This document shows, in pieces, positions 1-12,901 of a stretch of 64,000 nt of DNA; the stretch's first letter is position 1, and each line of letters opens with the position of its first letter. Under the pieces are notes generated by a model, which saw only the letters and a list, made by a program, of their open reading frames with translations, searched no databases and was not told the origin of the DNA. The position numbers and the translations under genes are program-made. The stretch comes from Oculina patagonica (taxonomy: Eukaryota): the NCBI RefSeq assembly GCF_052425735.1, contig NC_135758.1:30690001-30754000 (forward strand), read 5' to 3'.

Positions 1-518
1 AGCAAATTTTACACAGAAATAGCTTTAAAAAGCAAGGCCTTTTCAAGACCGAGTGAGGCCAAGAAAATTTAGAATTACCAATACGCCATTTTGATAATTA
101 AGCATTTGAAGAAGACCTCTTTGCTCATGGTCTTTTCAGTGTAAAAGTTATACAAGGGTCTTAATGGGTCCTTGAAAAGCAAAGTTTCTGGTAATATGTA
201 CTGATTTTGTCTTCTGCAAGACTAGTGACTTATCAAGGACAAGATCTTAGCTGAAGTCAAAATCATGGTAATTGTAAAATTATTTTTGCTTCATGACATG
301 CATTTTGAAATGAAAATCAACTCCTGTAGAACAAACAAGGTCAGCTAGTGATAGGCACGTAGGCTTTTGTGACATCAGTAACTAGCCAAGGTCGAGATAA
401 GTGTTAAATGTAAGTGTCCAGTAATGCTTAAAATCGATCTTGATCTGATTCTAGCCATCATAAAAAATTTAAATAAAATTTGTAAATTATTATTTTTATA
501 TACATACAGCAGGGAGGG

Positions 519-1560
519 TTTAATAGACCGAGTTTTTATAAAGGAAATGTAATCAACAATATAAATTAAGTTGCAAGCAATAAAACCAAATCGTTTTTAT
601 TTTTGTAAGATTTAGGTTCGGATGTTAGTTACTTGACATGATCACGCCAGTAGGCATGCATTACGCGTGCAACTGGACGCGTGCGACTGGACGCGTGCAT
701 TTGGACGCGTGCAAGTGTTATCATTCACGAGCTCTATTTTATTAACCAATAGGAATAGAGACAATGGGTAGCTGAACATCAGTAAAAATATTTTAAGCTT
801 CATCGAAACCTTGTGTCTCCTATATTTCTTACAGTATTGCGCTACCAATTTTAGCTGGTAGTTTGTAAACAATCCTCAGGAGATCGATGTTGTGGCTGTG
901 AGTTTCAAGTTCATTATCTGTAAGTTGTGCCTATCAGTTCATAAAGCTTGGAGGGATTAAGAAATCAGAAGTGAGATATAGGATCGAAAGTATGCAGTAA
1001 GATCTCGTCCTTTCTGAGTAGATAGAAAACAGTGTGTGAGGAGAGAAATTACGTTGATTTAGATTGATTTTATTTATTCGCATTCGCTGATAAAGAATAG
1101 AAAATTCCAACATAGAAGTTATTGTTTTGGTTTTGAAATAGCAGGTTAATGTTCCAGTTCATTAACCGTAGCAAGCACCTGTTGTTTTGTTGAAGATCAT
1201 AACTGAAATTAGCGTTGAAGTGTAACGGAACCCGCACTAGCCTTTTGTATAACTGTTATCTACCTGCACTGCTTTGAAAGTGATTAATTTTGTAAAAGTG
1301 AAATTCCGTTATAGCCAATAGGCCTTTGTGAAACGTTTTGGATAATTCTTAATTAGATTATTTTATGACATTACCTAATGTGTTAACATTCCATTTTCCG
1401 CTTAAGTAGAACTGCACTTAATTCCTTGGGTTACTCCCCCGGTGGTGGGACGCCGGTTAGACGAACATCCCGTTATTTACTGCGGTGGTATTTTTTGGAT
1501 TAAACCTTATTTGGATTCAAGTCTGCCTGTTTAGTTGTCTTCGAATAAGATTCTGTAACA
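519..1560 (+). mobile_element. Possible degenerate 3' LTR of an upstream retrotransposon
   Basis: Purine tract AGGGAGGG at ~511-518 precedes it. It ends in ...CTGTAACA, with ATTAAA about 60 bp upstream, and contains a short tandem repeat. The start is not a canonical TG and no TSD is visible. Confidence 0.25.
664..714. repeat. 14-bp tandem repeat (~3.6 copies) containing four ACGCGT hexamers
   Basis: tacgcgtgcaactggacgcgtgcgactggacgcgtgcatttggacgcgtgca. Confidence 0.85.
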
Positions 1561-4147
1561 GATCCTGGCCTTCCCGCAGCTAGCGTGTGTTTCCCCCAGA
1601 GTTGAAGTGCTATAGAGACATTGCAGAAATAGTCTAGAGAGCCAAAAAAACTTATTATCACAAGTGTAATCCCATACATCGAGAAAAGCTTTTCGGTTCG
1701 AAACTGACACCTATTACTGGGCATTAATCATCAACTGTATTTTACGAAAGAAGTTTACTGTAACGAATTAATTTAGTGATGGAACGAATGCGTGCTTATA
1801 ACGAATAAGTTTTCGATTTGGCCCTGACCTATGAATTAACTCGATAATATAACCCGAATACTGACCATGAACAGTGATATGTAGTCCAAAGGAAACTTTT
1901 ACTGAGAAAATACAATTTTTTTCCGGTTGGGTATCAGGCTTCAAGGTTCAGCTTTTTTCTTGCCTGAAATAGCATAAAAAATACCTGCCTTACAGTGACG
2001 AACGTTTGTAAACTGGTTTACTCCCATACGCCAAACAAAACCAACTTAACCGGCTCCTGAAAATTGATCTTGCACTAACGTGTCATATAGTAATCTTAAA
2101 CAAAACAATACTAAATAAAGAGACTTAAAAGGCATGGCAGCGCAGCTCATTCTTTGAATGTGATCCTCACTTACCATCTCGCCTTCGCCTGTGTACGTCA
2201 TTTACTTCAGTAGGCGTTTCATGACTTAATGCACAATGTTTTGTACACAGGTATACGTATCAACTCTTTAAAGCCGGACTGGTCGATATTTCGCTCTTGT
2301 TTGCTTTTCAGTTTTGCAGCCAAAAAATCTCCTGCTTCAGGTTTGCGGTTGCAGTTTGACTTCCTCTATGAGTACAATACTGTGAATTTTAAAAAGGGAA
2401 GCTGGATTGAGAAGTTTTGTCATTCATTGTAATAACATACCTGAAACAAAAAGCTAACCTGTTAATATCCGATGGGCACTGTCTTTGCTCAGTTGGTAAA
2501 AGAACTCAGTATATAATTCAACTTAATTCGAAAATGAAATTGAATGCAGACCTCGACTTTCGGTGCTAATTAAAAATCTAATAAGTTGTATTTGGATGCG
2601 CCACCGACGGTAATTCCCAAAAGCAATCCCTCTTGAGAAAGACAAAGACAAAGACTGCAAAGTTTCGTTCTTTTAATTAACAACTGGATTTGTATTCATG
2701 ACGCTTTCCAATTTAAAATAACAACTGATTGGGACAGCAAATGTTTATTTTTTTGTTTATTTTTCACGCACATATCAGGTTTTATGATGTATTTCTAGCA
2801 AGGGGAGCCTGACGAAATTGGTTCGAAACACGCAAGATTCGTTTCCGTTTTCGAATTCCTCATCGTGAAACGTCGTATGAAAATAAGTAATAAATCTGCC
2901 TTTTACTCTTGGTTATCATGAAAACAAAATCTAGTATTGAGGCTTTCACTTTAAATTGCTGCTTTGTAATATATTACCACACCGTATCACCATATAAATT
3001 GGAAAATATTTCATATATTGATCCAAGGCTTTCTTTGTTTTATTTGATTCATCAATTCTCACTCGTCATGCAGAATTCTTTGCCCAAGTGAATCGATAAA
3101 AAAATAAATTGTTTTCTCCGTGTGATACACTTCTGAGGGTCTTCTGACTAACGCTGTAACTGTAAAATCGGTTGTGGCAACCCAGCGTCACAGAATTGAA
3201 GCTATAAGAACAACCTAATACACGCTCACTCTAATTTTGGTGTTGGGTTATCAACACAGCAAAACGCAAACATACATTTATTTTCATCTGCTTATTGTAT
3301 GAAATTGGTTTAAATTTCTTTGATAAGTTCCGGTTCAGGAAATTGGTATAGCTTGCTCGGTATGCATAAAACAAGAAAGGAGCAATTCAAGTTTATTTGA
3401 GAAACAAAGAGTCCAACTTCTGACCTGCCTTGACGTAGATTTTACCCATTTATGTTCAACCAGAAATGTTTATTTACATCTACGAGAATAAAATAATAAA
3501 GAAAATACACCAGCAACGGGATGAAAACATTGTCATTCTGTTGTCATAATTAATATTTTGCAAGGGAAGTTAGAGGCAGTATTTCTATATTTTACCTCTT
3601 ACTTCATTTGTATTTCAAAGCTTTATACGCAGTTGACTCACCGGTTCTTGTCTTTATGACAACTGTTTTTGTAAAATGAACCGTCATCTGAGGGTAATCC
3701 AGGTTTGTTTAGCTATTCGCTATAATCTCATTCACCATACAAAACTGCCATTAAACTGTTAAAGGAGAATAGGTCTGATCCGAGATCGGTCCTATTCCGC
3801 GTATACGCCAGTTAGTCATGTTCAAGATTAACTTTCAAAATTCAGGCTCATGTGCCAAGAAACGTCTTTCTGGCTGTAAAAACTGTAAACTATGCAAATT
3901 AAATATTTTCTAGCAAATGCTATGAGGTCTGTACGCATCAGTTTTTGACTCCGCAGGAAGTTGATATCAATACACTGAGATGGAAATAACAAATGATTAT
4001 TTGAAATTAGTTTAAGACTTGGTTGATATTTCCGTTTTACTTGAGTCTTGTTTTAAGATTGCCTTGTGTTTCTCCGCCTCTAAGTTGTGTTATTTTGTCT
4101 TGAATGTATAATAAGCTGAAACAACGAAATAATTTTTTTCATCGTCG

Positions 4148-5474
4148 TTTTTGAGTCTAATGCTTGCGTGCGCTTTGCGCATGCGCATTAGACTCTTTGT
4201 TATATGAAAAAAGCTGTTAGCAATCCCAAGGGAATGGTTCGGGATCGATAATCGTTCGCTTTAATGTAGAAAACAATGATCAGCTGCAAGAACGGACTCC
4301 GTACGGACACGCACGATTAGTTTCAATTAAAAACAGCCAATCAGCGACACGTGTTCCCACGCATAATTAAAAGTTCTTTCTCAAGTCACGATTATTCAAC
4401 ACTTGAACAGGACGAAATAATTTTCCAGTTAAGACATTTGTAAGCTTTTTGTGAAAATAAATCTTCGTTTTCAGTTCAGTTAAGCACTTGTGTTTTCGTC
4501 TTGCTTAAAAAGCAAGACGTCTTTGAGAAAAAATATTTCGACGGCGACTCGCGTTTATTTACACAATGCGACCAAATATTTATTTTGTTTTAAAAAATAG
4601 AAAACTTTACCTCGGTTTTTGTATTTAAGTCATTCGAATTTTGACCAATTTTTTCTTTACAGTGCAAACAAAAACCTTCAAAAATAAAAGATGTACATGG
4701 ATAAATGTAAATCAAGTTACGCGACTAAATCAAAATGCGTTTGTTTGGCCGCTTTGCAGTATTACACTGTCCCAGCATTTGCCATACACTGAAATCGAAT
4801 TTCATGCTTTTACGACTCTCAAAGATCTTAAGTTCTTCTTACAGCTAGAAAAATCATAAAATGGTTACATTGATATGGAAGTGATGATTCGCGAAATTTG
4901 TACATCATGATAAACAGTCTTCGCTCCTGTGTATGGTAGCTCGATAATAATTGCCTAGTTTCCAGCGTTCAAAAGGTCATCATTATATTGACGTGAGCAT
5001 TTACACCCGTTTTTAGGAAAATCTGTCACTAAGTGCTTACAGTACAATGGAGTAACAGTCACTATTTCAAGTGCTTTTATTGCAAAATCTGTTTCAAGAG
5101 TCATCATCAAAATGGTGAAAAATCTGAAAGAAAACGATGTGAAGTTCTTCAACCCTTGTTGTAATGAACATGCTTTTTGTAAATCGTCACGCAATCTTGT
5201 CCAAATGTTTAATCGTTTCTGCTTTTACGGACAATACGGAAGAAGTAACATCAACTCCTGTTCATACTTTAAATTTTGTGAAGCATATAACATTTATGAC
5301 TGTTTCGTTTTCATCCATAATCATCCACGATGCCCCTAGCTTGCTATAAGCATTTTAAATTAAACTCCCGAACACAAACCTCTAACCAATTTTAACCGGC
5401 TTACGAAAACCGCGCAATCTGTATCACTATGCCATACGGCATTAGACTCATGTCACCCTTGGTGACCTATTTTT
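4148..5474 (+). mobile_element. Non-autonomous Helentron-type element (HINE/DINE-1-like), copy 1
   Basis: 5' T-run, then subTIR GAGTCTAATGC (4153-4163) with a nearby inverted copy (4185-4195). 3' subTIR GCATTAGACTC (5439-5449), stem-loop GTCACC-CTT-GGTGAC (5452-5466), then CTA and a T-run. No TSD. A homologous copy with the same ends lies at 54154-55491. Confidence 0.8.
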
Positions 5475-6051
5475 GTTTATTGCCCAGCAACTTACGTACC
5501 ATCAATAGCCTTTTAATTCTTTAATGTAAGGTTGGAAAGTGGCTAAGTTTCGAACCTCTTTGAATTTTATTCACAAGTTCGTAACGATATATCAATTTTG
5601 TGTGCACTTAATTCGCTTAAAAATGCGTTTGATTTCAGTAAATTTCTCCGCTTAGGAAATTTTCCACTGTTCACATAAAAAACCATAAAAAAATTGTAAA
5701 AAAAATAACTGTAAAAAACTGAGTTATAAAAGCTGGGGTCCCAAGCGCTTGTATATCGGGCCAGCCTTAGTTTCGTATGCTATTTTTAAACTTGTTGTAA
5801 AATTTGAAATCCGAAAACTAAACATCGTTATTTAATTTTCCGGTATTGGTATGAGATCCTTAGCCGAAGTTTGCCAAACCGAAGATGCAACCGACAAAAC
5901 TGATGCAGCCTTCACTTGTTTTCTTTGGTTGTTAAGCCTTGACAAGTTGTAGAAAACTCTCTTTAAAGACTACACTATTACCGACCAAAACCGAGTAGCG
6001 AGGGCTTACATATTTATAGAGTTTATCCATATTTTCTTGTTAGCAATAGTA

Positions 6052-6447
6052 AAATAGCTATTTTAAAAACACGAAAGAACTTTTTAAAGACATGTTTCGT
6101 CATGACTCATGCCATCTTCAGTTTATTGAGAATTTGAAATCTTAAGGCGATATATATATACCCAAGCTACAAAATACAAAAATAGAAATATATATAAAGT
6201 AAAATTACAATAACAAAAGATAAACGGTAAAGCCGTTACAATGTGCATGGCAGGTACTGTCTGGTACTGTCTGGCACATCAATTACTCACGGTGTGAGCT
6301 TTAGACAGTTACTAATAGAACAAAAGATTACAATAAAAAGGTGTTGGCATGCTGCACTTGAGTGTTCAAGTCAGGTTTAAAACTATTGATGTAAAAAGCC
6401 TCACAAGGCTAAATGAGTTGTTTCGTGTTTTTAAAAATAGTTATTTA
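6052..6447 (-). mobile_element. Penelope-like element 3' remnant (GIY-YIG C-terminus plus pseudo-LTR)
   Basis: The minus strand encodes EAFYINSFKPDLNTQVQHANTFLL* (~6403-6328), matching the EAxxIxxxKPxLNxQ end of PLE GIY-YIG endonucleases. A hammerhead core lies downstream. The ends are inverted (TTTTAAAAACACGAAA at 6061 vs TTTCGTGTTTTTAAAA at 6421). Confidence 0.75.
6085..6125 (-). ncRNA. Minimal type I hammerhead ribozyme (Penelope-associated)
   Basis: Minus strand reads TAAA-CTGAAGA-TGGCATGAGTCATGAC-GAAA-CATGTC-TTTA: CUGANGA and GAAA cores, short stem II, palindromic ACATGT stem III and a GUC cleavage triplet. Confidence 0.7.
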
Positions 6448-7362
6448 TTGAGTACTTTTGAATTCTCCCAAATTTTCTCGTGTTTGCACCAGGCTATGTC
6501 GATACGTGCACCACTTTCTATATCTATTCCTTTTATAAAATAAAGCCAACAAAATAAAAGTAGTAGGTAATAACTGTGAGGGAAACGACCTCACAACCAA
6601 TCAGAGGGCGCGTTATGTGGTACAAATTTTATAATGAAATATTAAGTATCTGGGTTCCAACAGGTGATGCAAATATCCAATCAGCGGGCGCGTTATTTGG
6701 TAAAAATATTCAGAGCTATGAAGTCTCTGGTATCCGAACAGGAGACAGTTTATACAAACAAATAGTTACTGATTCTCTTACGAATTATCCCAGAACCACT
6801 TCATGTAAATTACTACCTTTAAATCTCAAATTAGCTGAGGGTAGATTCACATTTTATTATATTCATATAATACCAAAAAATGTTTGGCTAAGGGTACGTC
6901 AATTCACTTTACACAGTATTTTGGTGTGCTATTTTCAAAAGGAAATATTTCCTGTCCCCAACAGGGACAGAGAATATAACCTTATCGTTTATTCATATAC
7001 CGTATTGTATTTCTTACTCAAACTTCTCAAATCGAAACTAATGCAGCACAACACAAAAATAAAATTTTCCATTTTAAAAGAAATGAACAAAAAGAATCAA
7101 ATAATTTTTTTACTTGTATTTTAGGATTTCCTATCTTATTCAAAAATTTTATTTCTATATCTGTGCGTTTTCCTAAATTCCCACGGTATCAATTATCTGA
7201 AGTAATCCTGAATCACTAAAATATTTCGCACGGTTATTTAGCACCTTAATTGAACAGTTATTATAATTTTGAAATAGCTATGTTGGCAACCCCAACGCAT
7301 TTTCTGTTAACCGTAAAAAGAAATGCTTGAAGGGAAAGATAGAGAAAAGGGCTCTTCAAAAA

Positions 7363-7410
7363 CTCACATAAGCGTTACTCACATAAGAGTAACTCACATA
7401 AGAGTAACTT
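7363..7410. repeat. 15-bp tandem repeat x3 (ACTCACATAAGAGTA)
   Basis: Direct reading. Confidence 0.85.
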
Positions 7411-8846
7411 AAAAATATTTATAGAATTAGGACCGTTGTTTCTCTCCCCACAGTATCAAGCACTCAGAAGTTCAAGCTGGAATATTTTTTTGTTGCTTTG
7501 TTTCTTTCTTTTGTACCGCAACGTATCATTTGAAAAACCACTCCGTCGTTAGATTCTTTATAGATATACATTTGTGTCTTTTTCCTTTTTGAAGATAGTA
7601 GTTTTTGCCAAGCTGTTTTAAAGCTTTTAAGAGGGTCCTGCTCTTAGAATCGCCTGTACATATGCAAGATAAATAAAATCGATTTTCTCAAACTTTGTCA
7701 GGATAAAGACTTATACTTACTTGTTTCAAAAATGTATCTTTGAGATTGTTTCGATTTTTATTTTTTTCGTCGAGACGACTCTTCGGATTTGGCCGCTCGA
7801 AGCGCCAAATTCGGCTCTAAAATACCACTTTTTTCGAAGGCGAGCATAAAAAAATATGATCCGTAGCAGTAAAGGCTGGTACATAGTATTAAAATATCAT
7901 CTTTCAACAGTTATTTAACGCTCTCAGATCCGAATAAAATTTAAATCTGAATTTTTATCAAATTTTCAAAATTATACGCTTCGGCCATGTTGCATCACGC
8001 TTAAATTTAGGTCAACTTCGTGAGCCGAAAAGTCAATCTGGTACATGGATTAGGCTGTCAAAACTATTTTTCTGAATAAAGGTATCACTTCATCTTCGAT
8101 TTTATCCAAAAACTAGATTAGGTAAATAAAACGGAAAAAATCGAGAGCGGCTTGAAAACATGACACTTGAGCTAATTACTTGGCGGTTTGACCTTTCATG
8201 TTGCGATTGTTATCGCACGCATTGATCTAGAAAAGTTCGAATTTGGGTCTTATCCCCCGTCAAATAGTATTTTTAGTCTCCCAAATAGCCGAGAGAATTC
8301 ATTTATTATGTTTCAGAGTCAAAATCAAGCCTCAAATGAGAATCTTTAGCACAAGTTTATTTTGAATTACCTCGCCGTTTGGCGACATCGGACAATGCAC
8401 GCAACGAAAATATCAGTTTATAGATCACAACCGATAAAAATATTTCGTAAAACTCGAAGAATGGATAGTACACTAATTAAATAACATGTTTTCTTACCTC
8501 AACCGAGCGTATTTTGACGAGAAATTGTAGCACGGTTGCTGCCGTTGCTTGTACAAAGCGTTCGTTTGCAAGTTACATATTTTCTTATCACCCGGATGTG
8601 TGACAGCGGTTCGCTACTTCCTGGTATCAAATTTCCCGATATTGCGGTACACGTGTTTGTGGGAACAAATGATATTGCCCTTGGAAAACTGCTGTTGTTG
8701 TCTTGTTTTTAAAATTAACTTCCAACTGTGCTGTGCACACTTTGGGTTGCGAAATACCTAGCTGGAAAACTAGTAGAATTGTGCTTTAATTCACGATCAA
8801 TGGCTTCATGTGGTTTTGCCACACTTGTTGGAGGAGCGTGCGGATC

Positions 8847-9216
8847 CCCAGGGAGGTGGGGTACTCCGGGATCAAAGTGACGGGGATGATCGAATGGAGG
8901 CAAAACTCAGGACCCAAAAAAATCCCTAAGTCTCCCGACATTACCCAAAAAAAAATCCCTGGACCAAAAAAAAAACGAGCAAAAAAATCCCTAGTCAAAT
9001 TACCCCGTAAATTGCCAAGGCCGCGCCAAGGCACTTTAGTTTGATTTTAATACCCAAAAAAATCCCCTATTTAAATCAAGTCACCCAAAAAAATACCTGC
9101 CAAATTCTCCTACCCAAAAAAATCCCGGAATCGAAAATTTCGACCCCCAAAAAAATCCTTCGCACATCCCGCCCCGTCACTTGGATCCCGGAGTACCCCC
9201 CCCCCCCCCTCCTGGG
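8847..9216. mobile_element. MITE nested in the Sola3-like element (8-10 bp TSD, MULE/hAT-like)
   Basis: TIRs CCCAGG..GGGGTACTCCGGGATC.AAGTGACGGGG / CCCCGTCACTT.GATCCCGGAGTACCCC..CCTGGG. TSD (G)TGCGGATC(C) on both sides. Internal CCCAAAAAAATCCC repeats. Confidence 0.85.
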
Positions 9217-9348
9217 TGCGGATCCAGTGCCACTAATCCGGCTAATGTTAAATGTGTCGTTGTGGGAACCTACCGTGTTATTGGAGACTCTCTATTAGAT
9301 TGTGAGGCGAAACTCGTATTCTCTCGAGGAGGTTAGCAGCTTAGTATA

Positions 9349-9865
9349 CCGTATTTACTCGAATAAGCGCCGCGGCGCTTATTTAATTTTTCGCGCTTCA
9401 AGTGCGGCGCTTATTCGAGGGCGGCGCTTATTTGAGGGCGGCGCTTATTTAAAATTTGGACGCCACAAGGAATCTTATATTTTACAGTAATTGAAAATAG
9501 CGTCTTTTGATTGTCAGTATTCGTCTCTTGCTGAAAACAGAAGTGGTGCTAGCTGTCCTGGCAATGTTCGCGACCTTCACAACATATACAGAACTACCAG
9601 AGAACTACATATTGTAAAAATGTTGGATAGAAAACTTATGGGCAAGCGGAAAAACAAAAACATTAAACTGCAAAACATCGCTTTTGATGGAAAGAAATGT
9701 CCCAGTTTGTTTTAGAACTGATTTGTACTGCTGTTTTAGTTAAACGGAATCCCTCGAATAAGCGCCGCACCGGGGCTGCGGCGCTTATTCGGGGGCGGCG
9801 CTTATTAACTTTTTTGTCCCAATTGCGGCGCTTAATCGGGGGGGCGCTTATTCGAGTAAATACGG
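9349..9865. mobile_element. Tc1/mariner-pogo type MITE nested in the Sola3-like element
   Basis: TA TSD. TIR CCGTATTTACTCGAATAAGCGCC. Many internal GGCGCTTATT repeats. Confidence 0.85.
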
Positions 9866-10058
9866 TATGTTTTGTATTTTAAAATAATTGGTCAAATTGT
9901 TTGTGTGATCGTTGACTTTATTTGCGTATTCCAATTATGAACAGCTTAGTTTTAAAAAGAAGATGCATTTAATATCGGGCCTTGTCTAGTTAAGGTCGCT
10001 ATGCACAATCTGATTACAAAATCCCGGTACTGTATCACACATTCTGCATGATCGTCAC

Positions 10059-10089
<31 letters not shown>

Positions 10090-12901
10090 CAAAAAACAAA
10101 AAACAAAAAAACAATCAACCCTGTTCCCAAGGGAGGAAAAAGAGAGAGGCACTGGAAACGAGGCTGGTAAAAATTCAAAAAAATCTTTACGCATTTGGTG
10201 TTTTACAGTTGTCTTTACAGTAGCCTGCGAAGAACGGGGCTATGAAGTTTTTGAATGTGCATTTAGAAAACGAGCGTTTTCCAAATGCACACCCAAAAAC
10301 TACGTAGGTTACTATAAACTACGTTGTCTGGTTTGTCACGCTGGTCGTAGCGGGATCTCATTAACACTAAATTTCCCGCCTTTTTATCTCGTATCCAGAA
10401 ATGAAAGAAATTTTTTAAAACATCCTGCGAAGCGGGTCTGTTGGGAAGGGGTGTGACTTTGAATGGAAACTTCGGTTAAAAAGCTGTAGTATATCAATAT
10501 TTTCTCGCAGGGGTGTTTGATATCGACGAATCTCACCTTAAACTGACTATCGGCGGTATTTTTCTTACAGTTCCTGGTTAGGTATCTATTTGCCCAAGAT
10601 GCCAATTAATTTATTGAGGGCAAAGATAACACAATCGTGTCAGGTGGAAAGAAAAAAGGAAAACTAAACTAAGGATGATTATCATTATAAATATTATCCT
10701 GTGTCGCACCTTTTTAGAGTAAAGAATTGGGGACAAGAAAAGTGACCGAAAGCAAAGAGTTTTTTCATTGTTAAAGCAAAATTTCCACTATAACCAGAAG
10801 TACATGATCTAGAAGTCCACATCTCTGGTAATAGGACTTGTGCTATCGGATTTGCGTGTGTGCTATTTTTAGAACAGGCCTCGCGCGCGAAAATTACGTA
10901 GACGGCTTTTGGCGCGAACTGTCAGACGGTTATAAATTAAAATCAAAATTTAAGAGTAATACGACTGTCAAAACGCTAGAGTTAAATAATGGCCAATGAA
11001 AATAATGTGTTTTCAATTGTTGTATCGCTCGCTTTTCGAAAATATTCCCAAACAATTTTCAGTTAGCAGTTTTAATATCGAAATTCAGAAAACGAGTATT
11101 CCAAACGAGCTTCAAGTCGTGGTTATTTTTGTAGCTCAAGAAAATATTATTGTGTTGATTTAAAGACGTTCAGCAAAGCGAAACATACTTTCTTTAACCA
11201 AAAAATAAATATTTTATTCTACCAATGGTTTCGTTTTCTTTGGTTTTTATTCCCCCTTCGAGCGCGCATAATTTGCCTGTGTAATATTAAATTCAAGGAG
11301 TTTATCACTGTATTGAAACGGAAAGCAACTTTTTCCATCTCTGGTTATCATCGGATGTTTTTCCATCACAGATCTCATAAAATTAGATCGATGCTTCCCC
11401 TTTATTTCGGAGTATTTTTTGAATTTGTTTTTAGTTTTAATTTTTTTTTCTGAGTGAAATGTTTAATGGCAAGGTCACACGGCATTTAGATTATGTACTT
11501 CTGCTATAACTTGCTTTATAGCCTTTAAATTTAGCGTTTTTTTTTAGTCGTTTTTCTTTACACATTGTACAAAACCCGTCCCCCACCTCCCCAGTCTTCA
11601 AGGGGTGCTTGGGTACCCTGTGTCTGTGGTTAATATGTAACTTGATAACATTCGTCGACAGTTTATGGATTTGTAGAATGGACGCATTTACGTTACCACT
11701 TCTCGTCAAAATAGGCTCGATAAAGGTAGGAAAATGTGTAATTAATTTAGTTTACTATCTATTCTTCGATTTTTAAGGAAGATTTACCTCGGTGGTGATT
11801 TATAAACTGATATTTTCATTGCGTGCATTGTCGGACCTCGCCAAACCGCCAGATGTAATTTGCAGAATTTGTAACTCAAAATAAACGTGCTAAGAATGTT
11901 CATTTGAGGCTTATTTTTACTGTAAAATATAATAAATGATTTCGCTCGGTTATTTGGGAGACTAAAAATACTATTTGACGGGGAATAAGACCCAAAGTCG
12001 AACTTTCTAGATCAATCTGTGCGATAACAATCGCAACATGAAAGGTCAAAATGTCAAGTAATTAGCTCAAGTGTCAAGTTTTCAAGCCGCTCTCGATTTT
12101 TTCCGTTTTATTTACCCAGGCTAGTTTTTGGATAAAATCGAAGATGAAGTGATACCTTTATTCAGAGAAATAGTTTTGACAGCCTAATCCATGTACCAGA
12201 TTGACTTTTTGGCTCACGAATTTGACCTAAATTTAAGCGTGATGCAACATGGCCGAAGCGTATAATTTTGAAAATTTGATAAAAATTCAGATTTAAATTT
12301 TATTCGGATCTGAGAGCGTTAAATAACTGTTGAAAGATGATATTTTAATACTATGTACCAGCCTTTGCTGCTACGGATCATATTTTTTATACTCGCCTTC
12401 GAAAAAAGTAGTATTTTAGAGCCGAATTTGGCGCTTCGAGCGGCCAAATCCGAAGAGTCGTCTCGACGAAAAAAATAAAAATCGAAACAATCTCAGAGAT
12501 ACATTTTTGAAACAAGTTAGTAAAAGCCTTTATCCTGACAAAGTTTGAGAAAATCGATTTTATTTATCTTGCATATGTACAGGCGATCCTAAGAGCAGAA
12601 CCCTCTTAAGAGGAGATCTAAAAAGTTATATTTCTTCCTGTCTCCACTTCCGTTCATTTGCATAACAGAAAGCGCAATATATTCCCAAACAACTTAACTA
12701 CAAAAAAATAATCAATGAACAAGTTCCGTTTCACTTGTAGCAACGCCCGTGTACTGAAAGAGGCATGGTCAACATCTAGAGATATTAAAAGATCATGAAC
12801 ACCAAAGGCCCCAGACCACAATCACTGCCAAACCTCTCACAGTGAGTACTTGAACGCTATTTATCAGTTTTTGTGTTGGACAAAGTGATCCTGGCATCAA
12901 G

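Larger units (their letters stand above)
7631..12605. mobile_element. Non-autonomous long-TIR DNA transposon, Sola3-like
   Basis: TTAA TSD (7627-7630, 12606-12609), GAG...CTC termini and ~890-bp imperfect TIRs (7631-~8523 vs ~11700-12605). No transposase ORF. TTAA, GAG termini and long TIRs together are the described Sola3 signature. Confidence 0.75.

Noticed and set aside
2808-2835. Second hammerhead (CTGACGA...CGAAAC)
   Set aside because: No convincing stem II or stem I, and no NUH cleavage triplet.
4955-5349. Cys-rich ORFs in the HINE as a coding gene
   Set aside because: Short, and the frames are not preserved between the two copies; no Rep/helicase motifs.
6576-7124. 182-aa ORF
   Set aside because: GTG start, AT-rich, no recognisable motif; probably a chance ORF in repeat-derived DNA.
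9349-9865. CRISPR-like repeated GGCGCTTATT units
   Set aside because: Irregular spacing, inverted orientation, TA-flanked TIRs, eukaryotic context and no cas genes; it is a MITE.
10061-10167. Poly(A) tract as a retrocopy tail
   Set aside because: No TSD or upstream processed-gene/LINE sequence recognised; the adjacent ~50 bp looks like a decayed mini-MITE.
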